The notes under the pieces were generated by a model. It saw nothing but the letters and a program-made list of their open reading frames with translations, searched no databases and was not told where the DNA came from. From Schmidtea polychroa (taxonomy: Eukaryota), in contig CM097887.1 of the NCBI GenBank assembly GCA_044892525.1, positions 20,584,001 through 20,648,000 on the forward strand: a stretch of 64,000 bases of DNA, in the 5' to 3' direction. Positions 11,821 to 21,936 of this stretch are shown one piece after another. How positions within the stretch are numbered: the stretch's first letter is position 1; each line of letters opens with the position of its first letter. Both the position numbers and the translations under genes were made by a program.

Positions 11821-12786
11821 TTGGTGTCAGAAGTGCCAGAACAATGTTCAAGATTTGAACATTTAGAAGCTTATTTAGCGGCTAATATCATTGCTAAATC
11901 CAGATTACAGGAAATACAATCTATGTTAGTTTCTCATAAACGAACAGCGGAATTACTTTCTGAATTAAAACTTTCATCAAAATTTAATCTTATATCCCAT
12001 GATATTGATAGGCTGATAGATCATTTGATAATTGCTCATTTCTGTTGTTTGTCATCGAATCGAGAAGAGTATATCAAATTAATTCAGACAATTCCAGATC
12101 GTGATTCTTTGGATTCCGTAGTCGTTCTATGTGATTCCATTTCGACCCCTGCAAATATCACAGATAATAATCCTATTCCAAATGGTCAATTTCAAATTGC
12201 CGACCCGATAAATAAATCGTCTTTCAAATTTATCAGTAAAAGTATTCAATTACAATCTGAATCATCGGATACTAAATCCGAATTTCCCCTATTCAGTGCT
12301 TTCAATAGCTCAGCTGGTAATGATATTACTGAATTCCACAGTACACTGAATTCCACATCTCCCCTGTCACGGCTTTCAGATCAGAAATCATTTATGAACA
12401 GTTTGAATTCAGTTGGTTCGTCGGATTCTCTGCTGGAAAGTTTCTACCAGTTAAATTCTCAAAACCACGCCGCAATCAACAATAACAACAATAATAATCA
12501 GTCATACGATCACAACATCAATCAACAGGCAAACAACAACGGTGTGCTTAACTACGGTCAGTATCAGGATCGAAACGAAATGGATATAAATCGCATATTT
12601 GGCTCGGAGAAACCGAATTCACATTACGATCAGAAATGTAAAGATACAGCCGATATAGGTTTTGATTCGATTAATGTTTCCCGACAAGCATTGGCTGAGA
12701 TGATTGCCGTTGAAAATCGTAAAAAAATGACTCCGATCAATAATTATATACCAAATAACAAATTGCTAACGAGTGCAACAGAATAA
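11575..12786 (+). CDS. Chimeric ORF0 (about 403 aa): ENGase N-terminus, LTR end and PBS, a helical domain, and a Ser/Asn-rich region
   Basis: Uninterrupted frame from ATG 11575 through the PBS to TAA TGA at 12784-12789. Confidence 0.6.
   Translation: MRPLYTYKELNNWKPVNTSNKCIFDYQKPIFQEMNGMKVVENHNSQRNKVLLCHDMKGGYLDDALTENSIAKLPDRIASTTTLVSEVPEQCSRFEHLEAYLAANIIAKSRLQEIQSMLVSHKRTAELLSELKLSSKFNLISHDIDRLIDHLIIAHFCCLSSNREEYIKLIQTIPDRDSLDSVVVLCDSISTPANITDNNPIPNGQFQIADPINKSSFKFISKSIQLQSESSDTKSEFPLFSAFNSSAGNDITEFHSTLNSTSPLSRLSDQKSFMNSLNSVGSSDSLLESFYQLNSQNHAAINNNNNNNQSYDHNINQQANNNGVLNYGQYQDRNEMDINRIFGSEKPNSHYDQKCKDTADIGFDSINVSRQALAEMIAVENRKKMTPINNYIPNNKLLTSATE
11822..11835 (+). other. Primer binding site complementary to the tRNA-Leu 3' end
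   Basis: TGGTGTCAGAAGTG, one nucleotide after the LTR end, is the complement of ...CACTTCTGACACCA (tRNA-Leu CAA-type 3' end). Confidence 0.85.
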
Positions 12787-13066
12787 TGATTTTTTCACAT
12801 TAAACTCTCGTGCACCGGGACAGCCATTTATTCACGATAATAAACCGTCTCCCAGCGAATCGAGACTCAATCAAGCAATGCCCGTGTCAGCACCGCCAGG
12901 TACCTTAGATCGATTACCTCTAAATTATATTATTATATTATTATTAAATTATACTATATTATTATTGATTTATATTATTATTGATGTCATATATAAAATT
13001 ATAATAAATTATTTAAATAAGCATCAGCCCACACGAGAGGGTGGCGCCGCACCGGGGCCCAAAAAG

Positions 13067-13294
13067 TTCCAAATATTAATAGAAAACCCTGGAACAAATA
13101 AGACACAAACCGTTTCAGTTGACACAGACACTACAATTAAAGGTCTTTCTAAAAATTACAGCATATTGACTAATCACAAATGCCGTTTTCTCTTGTCGTA
13201 TAACGGCACCATCCTTTCTGACAGTCGTACCTTGGGCGACTATGGAGTGACACCATACAGCGTCATTCATTGTTTGTTGCCACTTTCTGGCGGT
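13067..13294 (+). CDS. Ubiquitin-like domain (76 aa, ends LLPLSGG) within ORF 12773-13390, same frame as gag
   Basis: FQILIENPGTNKTQTVSVDTDTTIKGL...LSYNGTILSDSRTLGDYGVTPYSVIHCLLPLSGG aligns residue for residue with ubiquitin (MQIFVK..GKTITLEVEPSDTIENV...[34 protein letters not shown]). Confidence 0.85.
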
Positions 13295-13393
13295 TCCTCC
13301 GATTCGGAGAATGACTCAGGCAGCAACCCCAAACAGGCAAAACATAAACGTAGGTCCAACAACCAGCGATCAACGTACTTATGTCAATAATTT

Positions 13394-14314
13394 TTGGATG
13401 AGAACAACTCTCCACTTACTTGGCTGATAACTACCGAACTAGCACTCGAGGGAATCGAGGTAACCAGTTCACGAGACAAATACTGTCGCATCTTGCCGTT
13501 GATTCCGCCGACGATATTAAGTAAACTTTCGTCCGTGATCCTTCGCACTTCGCCTACTAGCGTAAAAAACCCATATGAAGAATTGCGTACGGCAATCCTC
13601 GATATTTTTAAGGAACCTACAGCTGCCGTCTTCACTAAATACTTTAAGACGCAAACTTTGGGCAGCAGAAAACCGTCACAGTTCTTGCAACACGCTATGG
13701 CGGAACTAACGCAAATACACCCGGAGGCTGCGGCGGATCAAAAACTCTTGAGGCAATTTTTTCTGTCTGCTTTACCGCCACACGCACAACAAATTTTAGC
13801 GCTTTCGTCAACAGCAGACGTGGTAGAGCTAGCAAAGATGGCCGACAAGATTAACGAAGTCGTGCCACTTGGTCCCCAACCAACTTGCTCTGTGCAGTTA
13901 AGTAGCAGCACTAACCCCGAAATTTTACCCTCTTCTTCTTTAAAACCTTCGACCGAAGAAGCCTTACTTTGCGCTATTACAGGCCTCACTAAACGCATCA
14001 GCGAGCTTGAGAATAGCATGTCCACCAGGCGGACAAATGACGACAGGCAATATGCCCAAAAATCACACTTTGTACAAAATACTCGTCAACGTTCACCTTC
14101 ACCTGCAACCAGGAACCTGTGCCGTTTCCATTTTAAGTTTCGTAACAAGGCACGGTTCTGCCATCTAGGTTGCAATTGGCGAGATAAAGCACCATCCTGT
14201 CAGATACTTGACAAGTGTATATACCACGACAGGTTTGGAGATAAAGCCTTAAAATGCTTCGAAGGCTGCTCCAATTACACTAAACCTAAAGCAAGCAATC
14301 AAAAAAACTTATAA
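13394..14314 (+). CDS. gag: Gypsy gag (capsid plus C-terminal Cys/His-rich nucleocapsid)
   Basis: Typical gag pattern LTWLITTELAL..I..SRDKY..ILPLIP, YEELRTAIL, LGSRKPSQFLQ, LLRQFFLSALP, LAKMADKI, and C-terminal CRFHFKFRNKARFCHLGC and CIYHDRFGDKALKC motifs. Confidence 0.9.
   Translation: MDENNSPLTWLITTELALEGIEVTSSRDKYCRILPLIPPTILSKLSSVILRTSPTSVKNPYEELRTAILDIFKEPTAAVFTKYFKTQTLGSRKPSQFLQHAMAELTQIHPEAAADQKLLRQFFLSALPPHAQQILALSSTADVVELAKMADKINEVVPLGPQPTCSVQLSSSTNPEILPSSSLKPSTEEALLCAITGLTKRISELENSMSTRRTNDDRQYAQKSHFVQNTRQRSPSPATRNLCRFHFKFRNKARFCHLGCNWRDKAPSCQILDKCIYHDRFGDKALKCFEGCSNYTKPKASNQKNL
14302..14308 (+). promoter_or_regulatory. -1 ribosomal frameshift heptamer A AAA AAC at the gag-pol junction
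   Basis: Canonical X XXY YYZ in gag frame, one codon before the gag stop. The -1 frame (AAA AAA CTT ATA ATG CCA) is the open protease frame. Confidence 0.75.
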
Positions 14315-17300
14315 TGCCACCACTTCTAGCGGCAGAGGTGGGAGGCAAAATTTCATCAAAATCAGATTTATTTTTAATAGAAGCAGAGTCAAACGCTTTT
14401 AATATATTGTCGTCTCCTTCTAACAGACTAAAATTCCTTGTCGACACTGGCTCCAGCTTGTCGATCTTACCTAAAGAGTACCTTCCAGACCTCAACACTG
14501 TCGATATTTCTTTGAAGGCCGCAAACGGTAGTGTTGTTGAGACTTTAGGTTCAAAGACAATTGCTTTCTCGTTGCCATTTCTGTCCGACCAATTATTTGA
14601 GTGGAAATTTTATATAGCAGAGGTTATTATCCCCATATTAGGATCTGATTTTTTAAGCGCTAACGAACTACTCGTAGATTGCCGTGGACGCACTTTAAGG
14701 ATAAATAATCAATTAAACTGCAGCACTATTCCCTCAAACATCTTTGAAGATCCACAACGGATAGGAACGGACGATATAAATACTATTCCGTCGAAAACGG
14801 TTATAACAATCGAACACCCAAAAATAGCCGTAGATATTATTAATAGGTGTTTTAACACGCCAATAAGTGACGTTTCGAAGCCGCTTTACTGCCACACGAT
14901 CGACACAACTTCATCTTTACCAGTTAGATGCAAAATTAGACCACTGTCGAATGAAAAACTCGAATTTGTACGTTCCGAGTTCACTAACCTCTTACATGAG
15001 GGTACCATTCGGAGATCTAAATCTCCATGGTCATCGCCATTGCACCTGGTCCCAAAAAAAAGATGGCACTTTCCGTCCGTGTGGCGACTATCGAAACCTT
15101 AATGCTATTACGGTACATGATTCCTATAGCATGCCGCTTGTTAGTGATATCCTTCACCGTCTTTCAAAAGCAAAGATTTTCTCCACAATCGACCTCGTGA
15201 AGGCGTACCATCAGATACCCGTGCGAGAGTCTGACATAGAAAAAACAGCCGTAATAACTCCGATCGGACTTTTCGAGTACGTGCATATGCCATTTGGCCT
15301 TCGGAATTCTGCACAGACCTTTCAAAGGTATAATGATCAAGTCTTAATGGACCTACCTTTCGCAGTTCCATACATAGACGACATTTTAGTCGGATCACCT
15401 GATTTAGAGACGCATATAACCCATCTGACAAGAACTTTAACAGCACTTCGGCAATACAACCTTAAGGTAAACGTCGATAAGTGTACCTTCTTCCAACACG
15501 AAACTCGTTTCCTGGGACATTTAATTTCCGGAGATGGAATCCGACCTCCTCCGGATAGACTAGATACCATAGCCAAATTCCCACTTCCAAAAACAGTTTC
15601 ACAACTGAGAAGTTTTTTGGGAACGATAAACTATTGTCATCGTTTTATTCCAGGGGTTTCTGACATTGTGTCACCTCTTTCAGGTCTTGTTTCAAAACAA
15701 AAAAAGTCTTTAGTGTCATGGAGCGATACCACACTCAGTGCATTTGAAAACGCTAAGTCGGCACTTTCGAAAATTCAAACACTCCATTTTCCCAATGCTG
15801 ATTTACCTTGGAGTCTGACCACTGATGCATCAAACGTTGCTATTGGTGCAGTATTACACCAATTACATAATGACATTTCTGAACCCTTAGAGTTTTTCTC
15901 AAAGAAACTTTCTTCCGCTCAACGGAAATATTCGGCTTTCGACCGAGAACTCTTAGGCATATATCTTTCAATCAAACATTTCAAGCACTTGCTTGAAGGT
16001 CGTCCTTTTGTCATCTATACTGACCACAAACCGCTAACTTATCTTTTTGGAATGAAAGACCCATCTCCACGACAACAGAGGCAAATCAGTTATATTTCAG
16101 AATTTTCTTGCGAAATACGCCACATTGCCGGCAAAGAAAACGTTATTGCAGACTGTCTTTCCCGCAGCACCAACGCTATATTGCACGATCCGATATTTCC
16201 AGTACAGTGCCTCCGCGACAATCCACCTTCGGCAAAAGATCTAGCTGCTTTTGGCGATAAACTTGAAATCGTGGACGGAGTACACTTTGACTCGTCTTTA
16301 TCAGGTGTTTTAAGACCGATTTTGCACGATTCCTTACGGAAATTAGCTTTCCACTCCATTCACGACTTACATCATCCAGGCTCGTCGGCTACCTTCAACC
16401 TATTGCATTCACATGTGGTTTGGCCAGCAATGAGGCACGATATTAAATTGTGGGTGAGTCAGTGCATCGGTTCTCAACAACACAAGATCACTAGACACAC
16501 TAAGCCACAGATGATTCACTATCCGACCGGAAATAGGTTCGAAATTCTTCACATCGACCTGGTCGGCCCCTTGCCTTCTGATCGCGGTTTTTCTTACTTA
16601 TTAACTATGATTGACCGGAAAACGCGTTGGTTTGAAGTTATTCCTCTGAAAAACATTTCTGCTGAAATTGTAGCAAATTATATTTTGCAACATTGGATTT
16701 CTAGATACGGTGTTCCGAAATCAATAATCACAGACAGGGGATCTCAGTTTGAATCCCAGTTATTTCAACAGCTAACTGAAAAGCTCGGTATACAACACCT
16801 CCGTTCAACTGCTTACCATCCTCAGACAAACGGCATGATCGAAAGATTTCACCGTACTTTGAAGACCTCTCTTGGAATACTTTCATCGAAACTTAATTGG
16901 ACTAAAGCTTTACCTTTTGTCCTTCTTGGTTGGCGTAACACACCCTCCAGGACTACCGGAACTACACCGGCACAGTTACTTTTCGGTTCTTCAACATCGT
17001 TACCTAACGAATTAGTTGATTTCGATAACGCTCCTACCTTTGAGGAATTAGATATGGCTAGAGATCATTTTCTTTCGATCGATAGCAACCCACAGTTTTC
17101 TTATGCTTCCTCATATACACCGTACGTCCCAAAGTCCTTCAAGGACGCAACTCACGTTTATCTTCGTAATATTACGGATTCAGGTCTCAAACCGAGATAT
17201 TCGGGGCCTTACAAATTGATCGACATTAAGGATAACAATGCCCACATCATAATTAACGGGGTTACCCAAAATATAAATTTGTGCCGACTTAAACCGGCTT

Positions 17301-17680
17301 TTATGATTTCTGATGACGTGGACGAAGACAAACTTCACTCTGATTTAGAGAAAGTCTCAGTCGAACCCATTTCAACTACGTCGAACGAAAACCCTTCAGT
17401 AGAACCTGCCACGGACTCAAACGAAATCGCGCGTACCTTGATCACAAACTACCAACGCGATGAAAATTTAGCTACAGAGAATACACATTCAGCAACAACA
17501 AATCCACTTAATCTTCGCTCAATTGTTTCGAAACCCGACAAGCAGCGAACCGCGAAAAAGGTGAAACATAGTGATAAGATTTGGGTGCGCCAAATTGGGG
17601 AAGACATTTCCAAACCTCCAAGACTTGCCAGAGTCTATTCCAATGAAAATTTGACACATCTGATGCTGAAATTCACTTAA
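14314..17680 (+). CDS. pol: Gypsy pol (protease, RT, RNase H, integrase) with one frameshift in a poly-A run at about 15054-15061
   Basis: PR LVDTGSSLSILP; RT WSSPLHLVPKK|DGTFRPCGDYR, YIDD; RH TDAS, ADCLSR; IN HIDLVGPLP, TDRGSQF, GMIERFH. The run has 8 A where 7 would keep the frame. The integrase zinc finger reads C..S instead of C..C. Confidence 0.95.
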
Positions 17681-17849
17681 CTTTATTCCATGTGATCAAT
17701 TAATTCATCAATCGCCGATTTCCTTTTTAGACACTATCTACCTTTGATAAATTGTCACTACTTTTCGACTTACATCTTGTTTCTAGTAGATCTTTCATCA
17801 ATCTCTATTCTTGAGTCCCTGTGCGCTCCGCGACTTCCCGTGGGGCTGA

Positions 17850-18758
17850 TGTAGTGAGCCGTTACACGGCCTTAACAATATCTATATACCTATTATACTA
17901 TATTATATTATATTATACGATATTATATTATATATATAAATGCGCGGTCACCAGCGACTAAGGACCAAACAGAACACAATAACATTCAATCAAAATTCGT
18001 GCGATCAGCTAATACTTCTACTTATCAATCAGGCTCTATTAATCAATCTCAGAAGAGTAAAGCAAATTCGATGCCATGTTATCATTATCAAGATAAACTG
18101 TATTCGGCTCCCAATAGTTTTAGTGTTGGCTCTCATAGACCAACACCCTCATCCATTACAATTCGCGAAATACGGAACAAATCCTAACAATAATATAAAA
18201 ACCTAAATTTGTTTATTTTGCATTTATTTATTAGTAATTGACTATTTGAAATTCTTACGCGAACTTTATAAAATCGTTAAGCTTTTTAAATTATATATTT
18301 TTAAAAATCTGTTTATTTTTTATCGAATGATATAATTTTGTATTTTGTGTAACTTTGTTTACTTATATGTATAAATTTTGTAAAAGATTTCCTGGCTTGT
18401 TTATATATTCCAAAAAAAATGAATAAACTGGGTGTTTTAAAATATTACAATTGTAGTTGTTTTTTTGAGAATTATAATTCGTTTTCAATTTTATCAGCCA
18501 ATTTGTAGAAAAATGAGACCATTATATACATATAAGGAATTAAATAATTGGAAGCCAGTTAATACTAGCAACAAATGTATATTTGATTACCAGAAACCAA
18601 TATTCCAAGAAATGAATGGAATGAAAGTTGTCGAAAATCATAATTCGCAACGCAATAAAGTTCTCTTATGTCATGATATGAAAGGCGGTTATCTAGACGA
18701 TGCTCTTACTGAAAATTCTATTGCCAAATTACCAGATCGGATTGCCTCAACCACAACA
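17850..18758 (+). repeat. 3' LTR, 909 bp, with a second copy of the ENGase fragment (18513-18701)
   Basis: Near-identical to 10905-11820, preceded by a short purine-rich GTGGGGCTGA and followed by TSD ATCGA. Confidence 0.95.
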
Positions 18759-18763
18759 ATCGA

Positions 18764-19705
18764 TAGTAAAGGAAAGTGTGATGGAAGCAGTATTAGAAAA
18801 TGCCAAAAGCAATTACGAAAGACAAGAATCTGGAAATCCGAGAAAAATCAATAAATGGTAAAATCATCGAAATCGAATGGGGAAAACGGGACAGTTATAG
18901 ATTAGCTAATGGTCAACAAGATGATGATTAGAGATCTATCAGAAAATGGTTAGGAAGGGTCGAAAAGCATTCAAATGTATGCAAACAGAAAACGTTAATT
19001 AATTAATTAATTGGCTAATGGAAAACCCGAGCTAATGGGAAACCCGAGCCAATGGAGAACCCGAAAGATGAAGGAAACCCGAGTTGGGTAAACAAGAAGA
19101 AAAGCAAACAGAAGGAAGATTTGGGCCTATTATCTTGACACAATGATTAATTGGAAAAGAGCAAGGAGAAGATAGTGCGTGTAGAAAAGCCGGGCGGGCC
19201 ATTAATTATCTTGGTTCGTTGGACCATTATGGGTGACAGCCGAAGCAGATACGTGGAATCAAATGTCAAGTGAAAGATTGACTCGGCAATAACCATTTGT
19301 CATCCCGATTTCGAGGAGTATATAAGGAAAGGGAAAATCAGAGAAAATCGGCATTTTGCCTCAGCTAGGGTTAGAAGAAACCGAGTTAGGAATAGGTAAA
19401 ACTATTTAAGTAGATTAGGGAAAAGAAGATATAGAATAGGAATACGAAAAGGTGAAAAAGAATCAAATCAAACAGAAAAGAGGAAAACGTGGGTCAAGAG
19501 AATCTAAAGAAATAAAAGGTGAATATTATCTATTTACAAAGCATCAACGCCGAGTGGAGAATCGGTCAAATATAACTTTGATTATTAACTGTAAAGTGGT
19601 GATAAAGGATTGTGAATTTGTTATTTCAATATACGTTGGGTCGTTTTGATTTAAAGGACACGAGGAGTCAGAGGGAACCGACTTAAAGTAACCAAAAACC
19701 CAACA
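18764..19705 (+). mobile_element. 3' part of an older LTR, related to 1581-2405, that was interrupted by the Gypsy insertion; its 5' part probably lies at about 10600-10899
   Basis: Shares sequence blocks with the reverse complement of 1581-2405 and ends in CCCAACA. The left boundary is not resolved. Confidence 0.6.
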
Positions 19706-21936
19706 CAAAAAAAATAATTATTAGTAAGTAATATTTGTTTTAATTAATAAACGTGTGAAGCATGATAAATTAGGTATATAAGATCTTGAAATTTTATATC
19801 TCAAAGTTCACAATAATGGAATATCAAGGGCTTCACAACAGAGTTTTTACGCCTACAATTTCCTATGAAACAAAATGGCGAACTTGAATTGAATATATTT
19901 GTTTGTGTTTATAAATTGAATCAACACGAAAATGATTTAGGAGATTAGGGCTTCACGTCCTTAAAAATTGTTGTTCTCGTGAACATCATCATTAAAACAA
20001 TTTATATTTTTTGTTGCCATTATCTTTTTCATTGTCACTGCAATTAAAATGTTATTACATTTGTCACACACCAAATAAATTTATTTTATGAATGTTTTTC
20101 TATTGACCCACATTTATTTTATATTAATGTAATAATCTCTACATATCACTCGAAATATGCCAATTTTAAATAAAGTTTTGTACACTATTTTTGAATCTTT
20201 ATAAATTTTTCTATATTTCACTTTATTGATTTGCACCGAATTAAATTTATTTTTCGCCACTAGATAAAAATTACACTTTAGCTGGCCTTATTTTATGCGA
20301 CCGTGTATTGTAAATTACATATATTTATTTATTAGAAGGTAGTGCCTGTCATTCTCACATAACTTGTATTTTTGCATAAATTTATTACATCTCATTTTAG
20401 ACTTTAAGTTGTGTTCAAACGTACTTGTGTATTAATATTTACTAGTAATCGCCCATTCGTCGAAATTCATTAAGTTCGATTTCTATTCAACATTTTATAT
20501 ACTATTTAAACATGGATTTTAGTCTATTAGTATTTTGACTTTCGTGCAAATAGACATCTCTTCTTCTTTGACTCTCACTCCGATTTGTCAATGTTATATG
20601 TGAAAACATAATTAAAGTAAGCGTGAATATCAATATACAAAAAACGCAATGAATTTAACAAAACAAAACTAGACAAGGTTTAAATAATGATACATACTTT
20701 TTTGAATACAAAAGAAACATTTGAAATCAATCAATAGTTTAATTTGAAATATTTAAATTTTAGCTTTCTGCACTCCTTCACCATAAAAACTTTAACTATA
20801 CCAATTCTCATATTCCTCCGTGCGCCAAATATGTTTATAATTTTTTATCTTTCCTTAATTTCTGGTAGAATTTTGATTCTTTTCAAGGACACGAAAGTTG
20901 AACGAAGATGCAACTTTTTCATGATGGATGTCTCGACTAATTAAGTTGTGTACCCAATGTTACAAAAAGATTCTTTAAAAAACGAAGTCTATCGAAGAGA
21001 AAACCTTTCCTTTATTTTATATGTAATCTTGTTTGTCGTCAAATTTCACATTTTACTGCCCTTAAAAATCAATAATTTTGCAATAACTTGTCGACCAACT
21101 GCGATTATTATCACCATTGCCAACTTCTAAAATTTGCTTATAAAATTATTTATATATTTGAGCTTTGCCATTCAAAAAAATAACATATATATTTGCAATG
21201 AGAGCTAACAGCCAAGATATCCCGATTCCACGAGCGACTCCAATGCACCACATAATATATCTATAAATAGTAACATGCAATCCAAGTGCACTGAACATGC
21301 ATATTAACATATGATTTTGTAGCGATTTATACGCTGAATCCAATGATGAAAATATTATTTTATAAATATCAATTTTTGCACATTAAAATTGAAAATCAAT
21401 AATTAATAAAATCTTGTAGAGAATTTTATTCTGATTTTAATAAACTAAAGATCGTTAGAAAATTATTTCTGATTTCATGTAAAATTCAATAATTTTGAAA
21501 ATCAATAATTTTAAAAAATTCAACATATTTTCTTGTAGAGAATTTAATAATACATCAAACAAAAGAAAGTATTTTAGAAACTATTGAAAAATTAACTGGG
21601 AAAATCGAAAATTTTAAAAATCGATAATACACCAAAAATGAAGGAAACACGATTTCTGTCACAAATATTCAAAAATTTCCTAAAAAAATTATAACATGAA
21701 ATTTGATTTTGAAACGCGCGCCAAAATTTTTAATTATTTAAACAACACCAAATAATTAATTTATATATATATATATATATATAGATTAGATAATGAAAAT
21801 AATGAAATTTATCAGCTAAACAAATTCAAACAGAAAAAAACGAATATAAAAACAAAGTGAAAATAGTAAATAAACCAATAAAACGGATTAATTGATCAGA
21901 CAAACACAACAGCAAAACTACCAAATATGCGTGAAA

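Larger units (their letters stand above)
10905..18758 (+). mobile_element. Full-length Ty3/Gypsy LTR retrotransposon, 7.85 kb, carrying captured host sequences
   Basis: Two near-identical LTRs (TG...CA), 5 bp TSD ATCGA (10900-10904, 18759-18763), a PBS, gag, and pol domains in the order PR-RT-RH-IN. Confidence 0.97.

Noticed and set aside
13067-14700. Ddi1-like gene (Ubl plus retropepsin)
   Set aside because: A full gag lies between the two domains, and the protease continues into RT-RH-IN between LTRs.
13384-16359. Minus-strand ORFs opposite gag and pol
   Set aside because: Antisense shadows of a long coding region.
11527-18854. Interpretation as a host ENGase gene disrupted by a retrotransposon
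   Set aside because: The ENGase piece lies within both LTRs, inside the TSD. The flanks outside the TSD are not ENGase, and no catalytic exons are present.
20285-20308. Single mariner-like TIR (similar orphan ends at about 35000 and 44830)
   Set aside because: No partner TIR or transposase found, so no element can be delimited.
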